From NCBI GenBank assembly GCA_013239625.1, contig MU053758.1, forward strand, positions 2,542,001-2,606,000: 64,000 nucleotides of DNA, in the 5' to 3' direction. The position numbers and the translations under genes were made by a program. The notes under the pieces are model-generated. The model was given only the letters and a program-made list of their open reading frames with translations. It was not told where the DNA came from and searched no databases. How positions within the stretch are numbered: the first letter of the stretch is position 1; each line of letters starts with the position of its first letter. This stretch comes from Lama guanicoe. Taxonomy: Eukaryota. Shown here one piece after another: positions 39,430 to 53,900 of the stretch.

Positions 39430-41060
39430 TGATTAAGATGAAAAAATTAGTACTTTATATTTACCCACAAACGTAAACTTTCTGGTACTTTTTATTTTTT
39501 CATGAAGATCTGAATTCCTACCTGGTGTTGTCTTTGTTTAGTAAAGAGCTTTCTTTAGTATTTCTAGTTGGGCAACTGTGTAAGTGACAACTTTGCTTAG
39601 TTATCATTTTTCTGGAAATATCTTTATTTTTGCCATCAATTTTGAAGGATATTTTTACTTGACATAGAATGATGGGTTGACAGTTTTCTTCCAGCCCTTT
39701 AAAGACAGCATTCCACTATCTTCCAGCTTCTATTGTTTCTGATGAGAACATTTGTACTGATGTTTTCCCATATGTATTTTTTTTTTCTCTAAATGCTGTC
39801 AAGATTTTCTCTCTACCTTTGGTTTTCAGCAGTTTGACTATCATATGCCTAGGTGTGATTTTATCTGAATTTATCTCACTTGGGTCTACTGAACTTATCT
39901 ATAAAATTATGTTTTTCATCAAACCTGAGAAATTTTCAGCCACTGTTTTTTGGAATACGTTTTCTCTTCCATTTTCTTGCTCCTTTTTCTTCTAGGTCTT
40001 CAACTACGTGTATGTTAGACTTTTTCGTATTTTCTCACAGTTTCCTGAGGCTCTCTCTGTTCTTTTTCCTTCCAATGTTTTCTTCTCTGTTGTTCAGATT
40101 GAATACTTTCATTGATAAATCCTCAAGTTCACTTACTCTTTCTTCTGTCATTTTAATTTGTTGTTAAGCCTGTCCAATGAGTTTTTATTTCAGATATTGT
40201 AATTTTTAGTTCTAGAATTTTCATTTTGCTTTTTTATAGTTTCTTTGTTGAAATTTCCTATTTGTTAATTATTATAAGCATATTTTCCTTTGCATCTTTA
40301 AGTATAATCATTACACCTATTTAAGATTCTTGTCTTCCAATTCCAAAATCTATGTCAACTTAGGATCAGCACCTTTGATTTCCTTTTCTCTTGAGTATGA
40401 GTCACATTTTCCTGCTTCTTCATATGACCAAATAATTTTGGGTTGTACCCTGGACATTACAAAAATATGTTACAGAATTTCTGGAGCTGTTATGTTCCTT
40501 TCAAGAGTATAGAAGTTTTTCTTTGTTTATTTTGCTTTTTAAAGTGTATAGTTAACATAAACTCAAATTCTGTGTCACTTGTGGTGGGTAGCAGCTAGGG
40601 TAACCAAATGTCCCACTATATCTGGGATTGAGGGTTTCCCCAGACTACAGAACTTTTACAGTCTCAGGGAAACTGGGACAAGTTGGTTGTTCTTGCAGAA
40701 GCATAAATCTCTGCTCAGTCACTTTAGCCTCAGATGGATTGCTCAGGATGTGACCCATATATGTGCAGTTCTAGGATTAGCTAAAGATTTAGTCCAGCCA
40801 GAGAATTTACACACATTCTAGGATTTCCCCCTTTACTTCCCAGTACTATGATTGCTATGATTTTTTAAACCAGTAAAACTGTGTTTTGGTCACCCTGAGG
40901 CTAAAACTGAGGCCTTCCCTTGGGCAAAAAAAACCATAAAAAAGGTTGGCTTTTGTTTGTTTTCCAATCCCTGCAAGTAACAGCCTTTCTATATTTTGTC
41001 CAGAATCTGTATTTTGTTATCTGTTGGAAGTTTGGTTCAATAGGACATGTTCCTCCATTA
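39430..41060 (-). mobile_element. Old L1M 5'/ORF1-region fragment with a MER81-like MITE inserted at ~40597-40693
   Basis: T-rich antisense L1 text (ttttgaaggatatttttacttgacatagaat, ttttcagcagtttgact); MITE tagggtaaccaaatgtccc...gggacaagttggt. Confidence 0.7.
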
Positions 41061-41289
41061 CTCGAAATTGAAACTCTCCTTTGTTCTTTACTAGTGATTA
41101 TATACCCAAAACTGTTCAGGATAGAACTACTTTCAAATATTCTATACTATACTTCAGTCATATTCCAATTTTTGTTTTGAAAAATATAGTCATTATATGT
41201 ACAGTCTATAGTAATTTAAAAATTTAACATGTCACCCAATAGATATTAGCAGCAAAGCATAAAGGCAGAGAAAATACACATATTTTTTA

Positions 41290-43125
41290 AGTAAGCAAAG
41301 GGGTAGCCTGGTATGTGGTGTCAAAACCCAAGATGGGGGAAAGGAACGTCCATGCCAGGAACAGAAACAGGCTGGGGCAGGCTGCTGGAGACCAACCAAC
41401 ATGAAGAGTGTGCCTGCGTGGGGTGGGCATTCTGAATGAGATCAGGAGGGATTCTACATGAAGGTAGCCAATATGGGAAGTCAGAACCTGAGCAGGATAA
41501 GAAGGGCACCCAGGCAGGAGAATTACATGACTTGGAGCATTAGCGTCTGAGAGGGATGAAGAGGGTATCCAAGTAAGGGATGAGGAGTCAGAGCCTGAGC
41601 ACAGTGAAGGGGACATCTATGCCTGGGGCTGGTCTGGTGTGCGGTTTTAGAGACTAAACAGGGTGAGCAAGGCACCCACACAGAGACAGTGGGGGCTGGC
41701 ACCATGGAGCCCAAATGGAGTGAGGAGAACCTCTATGCATGGGAGCGCAAAGTGCCAGAACTCAAGTGGGGTGGAGGGCATCTACATATTAGGGGCATCC
41801 TTGCACTGAGATGTCAGACCCCAACAGCTGAAAAGAGTGTCCACACTGATCAGTGGCTGTGGTACAGGGTGTCAGAACCCAAGTGAGGCAAGGAGAGCAT
41901 CTTCTCTGAAGAGAGGATGGCAGTGGCAATGGATGATTGGTTATATAAAGGAGGACTGATCAAATACGAAAACTGTAATGAGGATAACGAGACCCAGGTT
42001 TTTCTCTGTCAGAGAAGCGAGTTAAAAATATAGAAGCCTGTGGTACCATACTGGAAACAGAAGTATTGGCAGGAACACATAGCTTCTACCATATATAGAT
42101 ACAAAATATAGGCATAAACGTGTGTGTATAATTAAGGTATACACACATATACTCTCTAGCCCTGTCCACTGAGAGCACCTAGGAGGAGGGACACCACCCC
42201 AGCTTCTAGCATACACAGATAATCTCCCAAATTTCATTCTCGACTTAAATGACCTAGACCCCTTGGGGAAATGGCTGACTCCAGGGCTGGGGCAGGGAAA
42301 GTGTAGGTGAGTCTGGAACATTTTGTTGTTCCAGAAAGCAAGGAAGTGCTCGCAGAACTAACAGAATATAGAAATCATTTTGAAGGGGTTTGCACTGGCC
42401 AAATCTGAGACAAAAGAGCATCAAAATAATGATAGTATTGAAAAAGAATAGAAATTCATGAGTCCATATTGACATTAATAAGTAAGTGAATAAATTGAAA
42501 GTGTTGTAGCAAATGGAGTATTTATAGAGTTTCAAAGTGCTTCTTCTCAAAATACTTCTTATTTCAAGGATGAAAAGAGAAACTATATAGTGGAGAGCCT
42601 GGTAGACACTACTTAAACTGAGCAAAGTGATCATCATCAGTAACAGGACAAATGAAAAGTATGTGCTCCCGATTATGAAAAGAACACAGCATCACTTCTG
42701 TGATGTTCTTGTCAAGCAAGCAAAACATGAGGAAATAAACTCTGAGGGATAATTTATAAAATAACTGGCTTATCCTCAAGCATCAAGGTCATGACAGACT
42801 GAGGAACTATTTAAGACTGAAGGAGATTGAAGAGGTGTGACAATTAAATGCAGTGTGTGATTCTGAGCTGAATCTTCCTGAAGTCAAGGACATTATAGAA
42901 ACAACTGGAGAAATCTGAATGGGGCCTGGAGATTAAATGGTAGTAATGGACCAGTGTTAATTTCCTGATTTGGATGGTTGTTCTGTGGTTATGTAGGAGA
43001 ACATAGAATATACACACTAAAGTATTCAAGGGTGAGAGGATTTCATGTCAGCAACTTACTCTCAAAATTTCCGGAAAAAAACCAGGTTTTTTGTACTGTA
43101 TTGCAACTTTTCTGTAAGTTTGATA
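41290..43125 (+). mobile_element. L1MC/MD-type 3' region
   Basis: ctagccctgtccactgagag, aacacagcatcacttctgtgat, caactggagaaatctgaatgggg, ttgcaacttttctgtaagtttga. Confidence 0.7.
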
Positions 43126-44441
43126 GTTTTTTTCTTTTCTTTCTTTCTTTCTTTTTTTTTTTTAGTTTAAAAAAAGCTAACTGTGAAACTTTTAACTGCA
43201 CACTAAAGGGATTCTTAACAGGAAAAAAAGAAAGAAAACAATCTCAAAAGTTTCACATGAGCAATCTTCATGTGAAAACATCTTTTAGTTACTACACAGT
43301 AAGATGGCTTTTGGTGACCTAAAGGAAAAAGGTCCTGATCCCCTGAACCTTTTAAACCTCTGACAATGACATTTAAATAGCTCTCAGTATTTTTTTCAAG
43401 CAGCCTTTGTATGCTGTGAATAACACCAGAAGTAACTGAGTACAGTTTCCAAGAGAAAAAGGAGATTCTGACTACGTAAGTATTTAGAACTTAAAGGAGA
43501 CATTAACACCATCTGTAATCAGGCTACATGGATGTTTCTTCTTAGGTACTAAAAAATACTTAAAACACAAGGACAAAATAAACTGGAATGTATTTTTCCC
43601 CCTAAACTCAAGGGTCTTTATAAAAACATGAAGTCCAGGAGTAGATAGATGGTAAAGGAATTCCCATCTAAAGACCAGAAACCTGTTAAATATTTCTAAG
43701 TGCAGCAAAAACTTTTCAGTTTTTAATGGACCATTTTGTAATTCCTTCATACTTCAGTCCAAAAAAGCTGAAAAAGTTTCCATTTGATGGTGTCTACTGG
43801 GGTCTTTTTAACCAGTTGGCAGCTATTATCCAAAAAGAATGCTCCAGAAAGTTAAGAAGGAAGGGTCCTTATATTGCTTTTGATAGAAATATGCTTGTTT
43901 TTAAATATTTGATGCCAACGAAGGAAGAATTCCAAAGTGGATTTTTTTGTTGTTGAAATACAAATCTCATCAATTTTCTACAACTCTCCTGTTGTTTGAG
44001 TAGAAGTACGCTTCTGCCCCAGTTCCTTTGCTTTTGCCCTTCCCTCTGACTGGAATCCTCTTCCTCTAAATAGTCACCTGACCCACTTACTTTCTTCATT
44101 CAGGTGTGTGCTCAAAAGTCACCTTCTCAAACAAGCTTTACTTAACTACTCTAATGTGAAATGTCATCCTCCATTGTCACTTCCTTTTCTCTTACTTTGC
44201 TTTACTTTTCTTCCTAAGATTTCTTCATTGTCACCACTTGACATATATTTGTTCATTTTTTAGATATGTCTCTTGCACCAGAATGTAAACTCCATGAGTA
44301 AAAGGATGTTGAATGTTATTTTTTATTACTACTTTGCCATATCTTCAGCTTCCAAATTAGTGTCTACTTGTGATGATCACTCAATAAATGAACACGTGGA
44401 CTTTTACATCTCTATCTTTGATACTTATGGACATTCTAGAT

Positions 44442-44996
44442 CAAGGTTCTGCAAACTACAGCTTATCACCTGTTTTTGTACAGCCTGTGACCTAAGAGGG
44501 AATTTTACACTTTTAAATGGTTGAAAAAAATCAGAATAATACTGTTTCATGCAACTTGAAAATTACAAGGATTCGAACTGCAGCATTCATAAATAAAGTT
44601 GTATTGGAACACAGCCAAACTCATTCATTTATGCGTTGTCTCTGGATGTTTTTGTCTTCCAACAGCACAGTTGAGTACCGTCAAAAAAACCCACAGAGAC
44701 CATACGACTTGCAAAGCCTAAAACATTCACTATCTGGTCCTTTACAGAAAAAGTTTGTCAAGATCTGATCTAAATCTATTCTTAATACTATCTCTAATAC
44801 TGTACTGTACAGTAGCCACTAGCCACATATGCCAAGTTAAGTTTAAATTTAAGTTAATTAAAATTTAAAAATTTAGTTTCTCAGTCACCCAACCACATTT
44901 CAAGTACTCAATAGAACATGTGGCTAGTAGCTATTATATTGGACAACACAGATAAAGAACATTTCCATCACAGAAAATTCTACTGAATAAGTCTGC
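44442..44996 (+). mobile_element. MER58B-like MITE (44442-44767) followed by a MER3/MER33-like MITE (~44795-44996)
   Basis: aataaagttgtattggaacacagcc...ctttacagaaaaagtttg; tagccactagccacat...atgtggctagtagcta. Confidence 0.75.
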
Positions 44997-47919
44997 TCTA
45001 GATTTTAGAATATCTTGCTGCTGCCTGGGATACCACTCACTGCAAAGCTATTTCTTTAAAAACAAACATTCAAACTCTGAATCAGGAAAAAAGAAGTAAA
45101 TCAAACCATTTTATGGTTTGATAAATTAATATGGTTTTAATGAATCAATACTTAATTCATAAAAATTAAATTTCAACCAAAATTCTAAAGATATTATACT
45201 AGGAAACATCTTAACAATTACAATCTTCTATCAACATTTCTAAAACTTTTGCAATTGGAATTTCAAGGAAAAGTTGCAATTTCCATTAATGCAGTAATCA
45301 AAGAGATAAAAGATTTAGACAGTACCTTTCATACAAAGCATTTTACAAATTTAACTGATTAAAAAATTAATGTGACTTTTCAGAGGGTTAAAAAAAAAAC
45401 ACATGATGCCAAACATTCAGATATAACATTTTAAAAGGTACCTATACGTATGCATACAAATACATACCTAGCATATACATTAGGATTTTTTTATATCATT
45501 AGATAAACCCATTTTTCTTTCTCATCTAAAAGTCAAAATTATAATTTAGAAGAAAACTCTGATCAACACTTTCATATCATTTGCCCTCCTGCTTTTCCCA
45601 CAACTAACCAATTTCCTGATATGTTTTAGGCTTAAATAAATCGTTAGTGTTTTCCATTGACATCTTTTCTCTTAAATAACACATCTTGTAAAAGCATAAC
45701 TATTCTGTTACTGATATAGTACACATATATACTGGACTGTAAAAGTTAAAGGTTATTTCTTTTGTAGCTTTCCAAGCACTCTGTAAATTCAAAGCTTTAC
45801 TGGCAATCTCAAATAGTTTTCTACCAGTATTGAAAACAAGCCTCATCACATTGCTTACTGAGAGATGACAATTTCAAATTTGTTTTTATTCCTTCAGATT
45901 CTCTTTTCTTTGACAAAGATGCTGTTTAAAATTTTTTCACTAGTTAGAATTTTTGTTAAAGGGTTTTTTTCCCCTCAGAGATTCTAGCATTTTATGTGGT
46001 GCAAAATGAAAAGGGGTAGATTACAAATAAAATATAAACTTGGAAATGGCAGGAGTCTGGTTAATTGAAATTTTGTCAAAATTCACATGTGAATAATAGG
46101 TTATCTATGAACAAAATCAAATATTTACATTAGTAACAATGTCTGCAATCATATTTTTAACTCGAATGGCTATAAACTTGCCTTTATTTTGATACTATTA
46201 AGTAATTATCATTCAATTAAGAATACCAGCTAGTAAAGTTCTACTCTTAGTTTTGAGATCAGATTCCAACTTGCTGGTCTGTTTTTGCAGTAGGAGATAA
46301 AGAAGTTAAAGGAGAGCAAAATGTCAGTCTCAGAAAGAATCCTGCCCCGAGTCTGCCAGCTGCCAGAAAGCTGTCTCTGAATGTCAACGCTCCTCTTTAT
46401 CTTTTTAACAGTAAACTGATTCCTCTATCCCCTTACCTTTTTTTTTAGTCTAAAAAGTCCACTTTTACTTTTTAACTAAAAACTATGGAAACGGAGTCAC
46501 TGACTACAAAGATGTATTCATAATTGTAACATTAACACTCAGGACTATAAATGTGGCATAGAAGTGTTAGCTACTCTTTCTGAAAGGTCCTTCATGAGTT
46601 CTCTTTATTGCTACCACATACAATCATTCCTGGAATCTTACCATCACAAGAACAGTTCTGGGTAAAAAAAATGATCCCTGTAACCAATGAAATTAGAATA
46701 TTAGAATGGGAGAGGATATCTTAACTACCTTATCTCTGCTTTCCCTGCCATCTGATACTTGAATTTCCTTCAGTATCTCCCTATTTGGGTTGTAAGCCTC
46801 CGCTTAGACACTTCCAAGAATCAGAAGTTATGTCTTTCCATTTCAGAAAAACTGTAATGCTTTAAAAGTTCCTCCTTAAATGTAGTGGAACTCAAATTTC
46901 CCATACTGTCCGTTTCAGGTCCTAGTTCAGCTTTCTGGGAACATCCAGAATAAGTTATTATACAAATGCTACCAGTCAGTTCCCTAACCGTAGTGAGAGC
47001 TTTCTCTTGGACCTGGTTTTGTTTGTCTGTGGTCCTCCAAAAATGTGGCATCAAGCACTTAGCTCAGGAGGTTAAATGAGATTTCATATTATCTCATAGC
47101 ATTTCGGGAAGATAAACAGGTGCCATGGAATTTATTATTCTCCCCATTTTACAGACAAAATTTAAGACACAAAGAATGACAAAAAATGTAAAGTCATATA
47201 ATTGTTCAAAGGTACAATGTCAGTGACACCTTATGAAGAGAAGCAGGATTCGTTTCTTGAGATTCACCTTTGTTTCAAAGAATTGAAATAATGTTTTAAA
47301 ATGCTTTCTTGTATAGATTATAGATCTTAGAAGAAGGTCAGAACTAGAAGAAATTTTAAACTCAATTAATTTCAAACACCTCAAGTGACTATGATTGAGA
47401 GAAAAGGAGGATATTAAAAAGGGAGCATGACTTAAAAATCAGAGCAATCTCTCCAACCATGAAATATCTCCTTCCCTTCTTTCCTGGATTAATGTAAAGG
47501 TAAGAAATATCGAGGTTACTTGTCTGAGAACATCAGATCAAATACAGCCCACACTACCATTTTAATACCTCTTACCTTATCCTTTTTTACAAAATATTCC
47601 ATTTTTTCTCTAGATTAAATGTCTAGTGAAGAAATTATAGATTATAGGGCACAGGTCTAAAACAACAAATTCAATATCTAGTGTTATTTTCCTTGAAAGA
47701 TCAGTTACTCTAAAGTTGTAGAAAAATAAATATATTTGTATTTTACCATGGATATCACATGCCAGCAAATGAACATGCAGAGAGAAAAGGAAGAATGGGC
47801 ATTTCATGTCAATTGATACTTTTAAAAACTGTGCTAATGTGATTGAATCCAACATATTCCAAGTAAGATTTTGATTCTGTAACTGTAAAATGGCTAGTTT
47901 CTGTTATAAAATAGGTGGA

Positions 47920-48758
47920 ATCAAAAACAGAATAATTAATTTGGAGTAGGTCATAGATCTAAATGTGAAAGTTAAAACAATCAAATTTCTAGAGGAAAAC
48001 AAAAGAGAATATTTTCATGGCCTTGGATAGGCAAAGATTTTTTAAGCAGGACATAACGTGCACTTAATCCCAAAAGAAAAAAGTGATAAATTAGTCTTTG
48101 ATAAAATTAAGAATTCTATTTATCAAGTAGATTAAGAAAATAAATAAGCAAGTTACAGACTTGGAGAAAATATTTGCAATACACATTTGACAAAGTACAT
48201 GTTTCCAAAACTTTAAGTGCCTATGAAATCAATAAGAAAAGTGCAAACAACCCAACTTAAAAAAAATGTACAGAAGACTTACAGCACTTCAGGAAAGAGG
48301 ATATCTAAACAGCCAATGAACATACGAAAATGTACTCAACATCATTACTCATCAGGAAAATGCAAATTAAAACCACAATGAAAGACCACTACACCCCCAC
48401 CAGAATGGCTAAAATTAGAAAGACCGACAATAGCAAGTGTTGACAAAATGTGGAACAACTGGAGCTCTCAGACACTATGGAAAGGTAAACTGGTCCAACC
48501 ATTTTGGAAACTGTTTGGCAGTATGTATCGAAGCTAAATATACACCCACCCTATGATCCAGAAATGCTAGTCCCAAATATATATCCAAGAAATGAATGTA
48601 TTTGTTCACCAAAAGACATGTATAAGAATGTTCATCATATAAGGGGGAGGGTATAGCTCAATTGGTAGAGTGCATGCTTAGCATGCACGTGGTCCTGGGT
48701 TCAATCCCCACTACCTCTATTAAGTAAGTAAATAAATAAATAAACCTAATTACCTTTC

Positions 48759-48804
<46 letters not shown>

Positions 48805-49230
48805 AAGAAAGAAAAAAAGAACGTTCAACATATAGATAAATACTGGAAACAATCAAATGTCCATCAACAGTACAAATGTGGTATGTTCATACTGCTCAAC
48901 AATAAAAGAGAATGAACTACTAATAAATGGAACAGTATGGATGGATCTCAAAAGTATATTAAGCAAAAGAAGCCAGACACCATAAAGTACATACAGTATC
49001 ATTTATATGGAATTCAAGAAGAGGAAAACTGATCTATGATGCAGAAGTCTGAATAGCATTTTACTTGGGGTGAAGGGAGGTATTATAAATGGGCACAAGG
49101 GAATCTTCTGGTGGAATACAAATATTTCATATCTTAACCTGGAAGGTATGTATATAGGTAAAAATTAACCAACCTATATACATGAGAAATATATACTTCA
49201 TTGTATAAGTTATTCCTTAATTTTAAAAAA
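47920..49230 (+). mobile_element. L1M ORF2 end and 3' UTR (host of a vic-1 copy)
   Basis: catagatctaaatgtgaaag...ggaaaatgcaaattaaaaccacaatg...caaatgtccatcaacag. Confidence 0.8.
48643..48818 (+). mobile_element. vic-1-type camelid SINE inserted into an old L1
   Basis: gggggagggtatagctcaattggtagagtgcatgcttagcatgcacgtggtcctgggttcaatcccc; A39 tail at 48764-48802; TSD aagaatgttcatcatata / aagaacgttcaacatata. Confidence 0.9.
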
Positions 49231-49275
49231 ATCTATTGAACACAAACATTTTCAAATATCTAAAATGCCAAACCT

Positions 49276-49381
49276 GGGGGAGGCAGGTATAGTGCAGGGA
49301 TAGAGTGCATACTTAGCATGCACTAGGTCCTGGGTTCTAACCCCAGTACCTCCATTAAAAAATAATAAAATAAAATAAAAA
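49276..49381 (+). mobile_element. vic-1-type camelid SINE (short form)
   Basis: Perfect 15-bp TSD TAAAATGCCAAACCT at 49261-49275 and 49382-49396. Confidence 0.88.
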
Positions 49382-49739
49382 TAAAATGCCAAACCTTAGA
49401 AATGGAATTTTAGAAGGATCTTCCCACTTTTGAAAAAAGTTTGAATTTCAAGGGTTACTCAGGATTCTTCTATAGAGTCTTTATGGATTACATCTATACC
49501 AACCATCCACTGAATGGGCACCATATAAAAATTCTCATGGTGAGGAAATTTATTTACATGTTATGTGCCAACTAAATATGAATATATTTTTGGTGATATC
49601 TTAAAAAAAATTAAAAAGTAACTTCTGAGTAACAAAAATAGCTGATCAAATTTTCCTGAGAATTGAGATTTCAAGATCTGTTTCTATTTTGATCTTTGAT
49701 TTTTTTCCCCAATAAATTTAAGCTACAGATAGTTTGTGT

Positions 49740-50555
49740 CATTCATCTTTGGAAAACAAAAACAAACAAACAAAATCTTTTGATCCACATTTCTCTCCAG
49801 CACTTATTTCTCCCTTTCACCTCCTAGCTAAACTTCTAGGGAAAATGGTCTGTATAAATGTTTTGACTTCCTCTATTCCTGTTTCTGCTTTAACCATTTC
49901 AATTTGGTTTCCATCCCCACCACTGCACAAAAACCACTTTTGTTAAGGTCACTGGCAAGTTTTATGTTGCCAAAAATCAACCCACACTTTTTGTCCTCAC
50001 CTTACCTGAATTTCCAGCAACATTCAACATAGCTGACCACCCACTCCTTCATAAAACACTCTCCTCTCTTGAATTCTGTTACACCACACTCTGTTGGTTT
50101 TTCTCCAGTCTTGCCACAGCTGCTTCTCTTTTGCTGGCTCCTCCTCCTCTTACCTGACCACTTAAATGAGATGCTTCTCAAGGCTCAATCCTGAGCTCCC
50201 TTCTCACAATACATTGTCTCTTTAGGTGACCCCAGTCATTCCCATGGCGCTAAGTATCATCTACGTACTGAGGACCACCAAACTTGCCAGACCTTTTACT
50301 TAGAGGAGAGATTCACCAACCCTGTCCCCAACCATTATTCTCCATTTTAGCACATTTTATTTCCTTCATAACACTTAGCATAATTTTAATTTTTTTAAAG
50401 AATATTTATTTGTTTGGGAACGTACCTTCCTCATCTGACTGTAAATTCCATGAGGGCAAAAGCACTGTTGTCTTGTTCACCATCCTATTGCCAATATTTT
50501 GCATACATAGGACAGAACAGACATTCAATATTTTTTGAATGAAGAATGAATGAAT
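49740..50555 (+). mobile_element. L2 fragment with 3' (gaat)n tail
   Basis: cagcaacattcaacatagctgaccac...gactgtaaattccatgagggca...gaatgaatgaat. Confidence 0.75.
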
Positions 50556-50754
50556 ATTTCTGACTTTTGAATTATACTGTGTTATAAATGTTGTGTTACA
50601 AAGTAAGTCAAAATTAAATGTTGTAAAACTTTCACTGCTCAGCTATGTTTTAAAACCAGCATTTAAGCAATAAAAAATATATTCTAAATATATATATAAA
50701 GATGATCCACCACTAATCCAATATGTGCTATGAGAGTGATAATGAATTTCACCG

Positions 50755-50928
50755 ATACTTCTCAAACTGTAGGCAATGTTTATCAGAATTTAGTGCACAC
50801 AAGAATTCCCTAGGAACCTTGTTAAATGCAGATTCTGATTCAGCAAGTCTGGCCTGAAAGTTTGCATTTATAACACATCCCAGATATTGCCAATGCTGTT
50901 GGTCCATAGACCATACTTAGCAAAGGTC
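50755..50928. mobile_element. MER5A-like MITE
   Basis: cttgttaaatgcagattctgattcagcaagtctgg...tgcatttataacacatcccag...ggtccatagaccatactt. Confidence 0.65.
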
Positions 50929-53900
50929 TAAAGGATCCTTGTAAATGATTTATGAACTAAACCGAACATCTGCTGGGCCCCAACTTTGTGTCTAGCAGGA
51001 TGCTAGGTGATTTTCGTACACCTTATCTTATTCAGACTATCGCTGGTCTCTTGTAGTTCAGTAAACTTAGAGTGGTTCTCAACCTTACCAAGACCAAATG
51101 CCCCTCCTTTTAGAAAAAACACTTTATAATAAATACTTCTTTTACCATCATAAATTAAGTATAACCTATCCACACATATAAGCTTTTTAAAAAATAAAGC
51201 CCTAACTGTAACATAAAGGTGAAATAAATGATAATAAAATGATTAGTATTTCAATATGTAAATGTACAGGATCATTCACAAAGAGTCAAAGTAGCAATTA
51301 TTCTAGAAGACATAATAAAAAGATAGATGTGTTTGTAGAATCACCACGAAAGCAAGAGATAAAAAATGCAGGATATACGCTGCATCAATAATGGTAAAAG
51401 TATCTCGGCTCTGAACTAAACAAAGAATCATCTTCTAATTTATGTAGCAGTTGCATTCTTAGATAATTTAGATTGTATTAAAACAATGCAAAAAATACTT
51501 CATGTTTATACACAAAATGAAGTTAGGTTCTATAAATCATTAGATAGACATAAAATGTTATCAAGTTTCAGAAAAGGGAATGATTCCAACCTAGGACGAG
51601 GGACAGCTTCCTCAAAGACATGGCATTTGGGATGGACAATAATGGCACAACTGTGGTGATATTAATAGTGCTGAGAAGTTGGTTTGGGTTGGAGAGACAA
51701 TGAGTTCACTCTTGTACTTGCTGAGTTTGAAGAGAATTAGAAACATGAGAGTTAAGGAAAAGCAATGTACGCTCAAGGAACACTAAGCAGTGTGAAATAA
51801 CCACATTAGAAGACATGATACCACTGGCAAGGTACAGTGAAGCCACATTGTGGATTATTTTAAATGCCCAACTAAGAAATACTTAAAATGGTTTTTGAGT
51901 AGGGGAATAACTTGATACTTTCAGAAGATCACTCTGTCAGCAATCCTCAAAATGGATTCAAAGAGGAAAGTCTAGATACAAGGTTACCAGTAGAAAAAAC
52001 ATGGAATGGTCTGAATCAGTAGTTTTCAAAATGTGTCCTGTGGCACTCCGGAGTTCCAAAAGGCTGCCACAGGGGCTGATCTGTGGCAGAGGAACGAAAG
52101 GGTCAACAGCTAGGCAGGCCTAGGTAGTGGTCTCTTGCCCTCTCCCCTCTCTCTACTGGAACATCTGTCCTACATAAGATTTTGGTACAAAAGGGTATTC
52201 TGATGATTACAAAAAAACAATTTTGTCTTGTTTTTATGTCTCATCCCAATTCTTGCTCAACTGTGAGACTGACTAGAACACTTTTAGGGGCCATAATACA
52301 ATTATCAAGTATCACTGTATAGAAATAGCAGCTATAAGATATATAAGCACTATATTAATTCTTAACATCAGATTGTTTAATCATTACTTGTGCTATTGTA
52401 TATGTACCTCCATCCCCAAATTCGATTACCTATAATCAGGTCTGGGGTAAACAGGACCACTTTAGGTCATTGATGTTTGCAACAAATAACTATGGAGTCC
52501 TTTGAGAATTTCCAAATTTCTCTTACTAAGATGTGCATGAATGCTGTTGGCTTGGTTAACTTCAAAGCTATATACTTGTTTGTGTATTCTGGTCTCCCAG
52601 TCCTACTGATTCAAATCTGAGCTAGGACTTTTATATACATTATCCTCTCTAAAATGTTACAAAAGCTGTAACATTTTCAAATTACCATGTATTATTGTAT
52701 TCCTTCAGGATCACTCACAAAGAGTCAAACTAGCAAGTTACATTCATCAATGCCAATGATCTATTTTATACTAAATTATTGTTTATCAAAGAAGTTCACA
52801 GTTTTATTTTCAGAATGCATGAAAAATGTTACAAGGATGTCTCATCCTAATTTTTGCATCTACTCACAAAAATATTCCTATTAACTCTGGAGAATTTAGT
52901 TTTCATGATGGCAAGCAGAAGTGTGTTGGTTAGGATGGACCATAAACTCTTTCGTCCTGCTGAAATGATTCGCAAACCAAGAGAATTCGAGAACTCCTGG
53001 TTTATGCCAGTTCTGAGTAAGTTCTCTCCCCTGACTCCCTTGAATCCACTGGCACACGACTGCTTTAGACAAATATTTCCTGTAACCCAATGGGCTGTCA
53101 ATGTCTCAGAGTCTGAATGGTAGAGCAAAATATCCAGAGTAGCAAATGAAGTTAGGAAGCTCTGTCCTACAAAGGAAGTTGTATAACCAAAGGGACCAGG
53201 GGTTTAATTTCTGACAGTCATAGTTTCCTTAGAACTTGCTGAATCTTAAGCAATACTGGCATCCAAAGACTACTTAGTAGGAAAGCATCTGTTTCTATAC
53301 CAGTAGCTTTTAAACTTTTTCTTAAAGAAGCACTTAATTTTTTTCAAATGAAATCTTACACTGATTACCATACAAAAAAAGATAAAGTGATATCTTCGTA
53401 ATATACAATTATAATAAGTTCAAATAGATACTAACTACTAAAAAAAAAAACCAAACAATGATAATAATAAGGTTGTTTTAATAAACAAAAACTAAAAATC
53501 TAGTTACGGATGAAAGTTGCAACTTTATGCCAGCTTCAACTTGTAAATTATTCCATATATTTTGTCTTATTTGCCAATTTGAAAACCAATGAAGATGCAC
53601 ACATATAAAAACTATTACCACTTCCAAGGGTTTTGCCTTATTATTTTAGAATAGTTTTTAGTTAAATTGTTCCCTGAAATTTGAAAAAGCGTGTTAAACA
53701 ATCTTTGTTTTAAAATATCTAATAGTTGCCCATATTCTTTAATTCTGAACATAAAATCAGGCAAGAGATACTCCAGCCTTGCACTCAGTATTCTTTAAAT
53801 GTATAATATATAATATATTATATATAATCATGATGTACCACACAATGTGTTCTTGTCATTAAGGAGCTGATTACTACACAGTGACAAAAGCATGTCTCAA

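Noticed and set aside
48643..48716. tRNA-like sequences (also at 5.4, 22.7, 26.3, 49.3 and 62.4 kb)
   Set aside because: These are SINE heads with A-rich tails and TSDs, not tRNA genes.
52847..53128. Three overlapping ORFs of 64-93 aa on both strands
   Set aside because: No recognisable protein similarity, splice signals or retrocopy hallmarks; compatible with chance.
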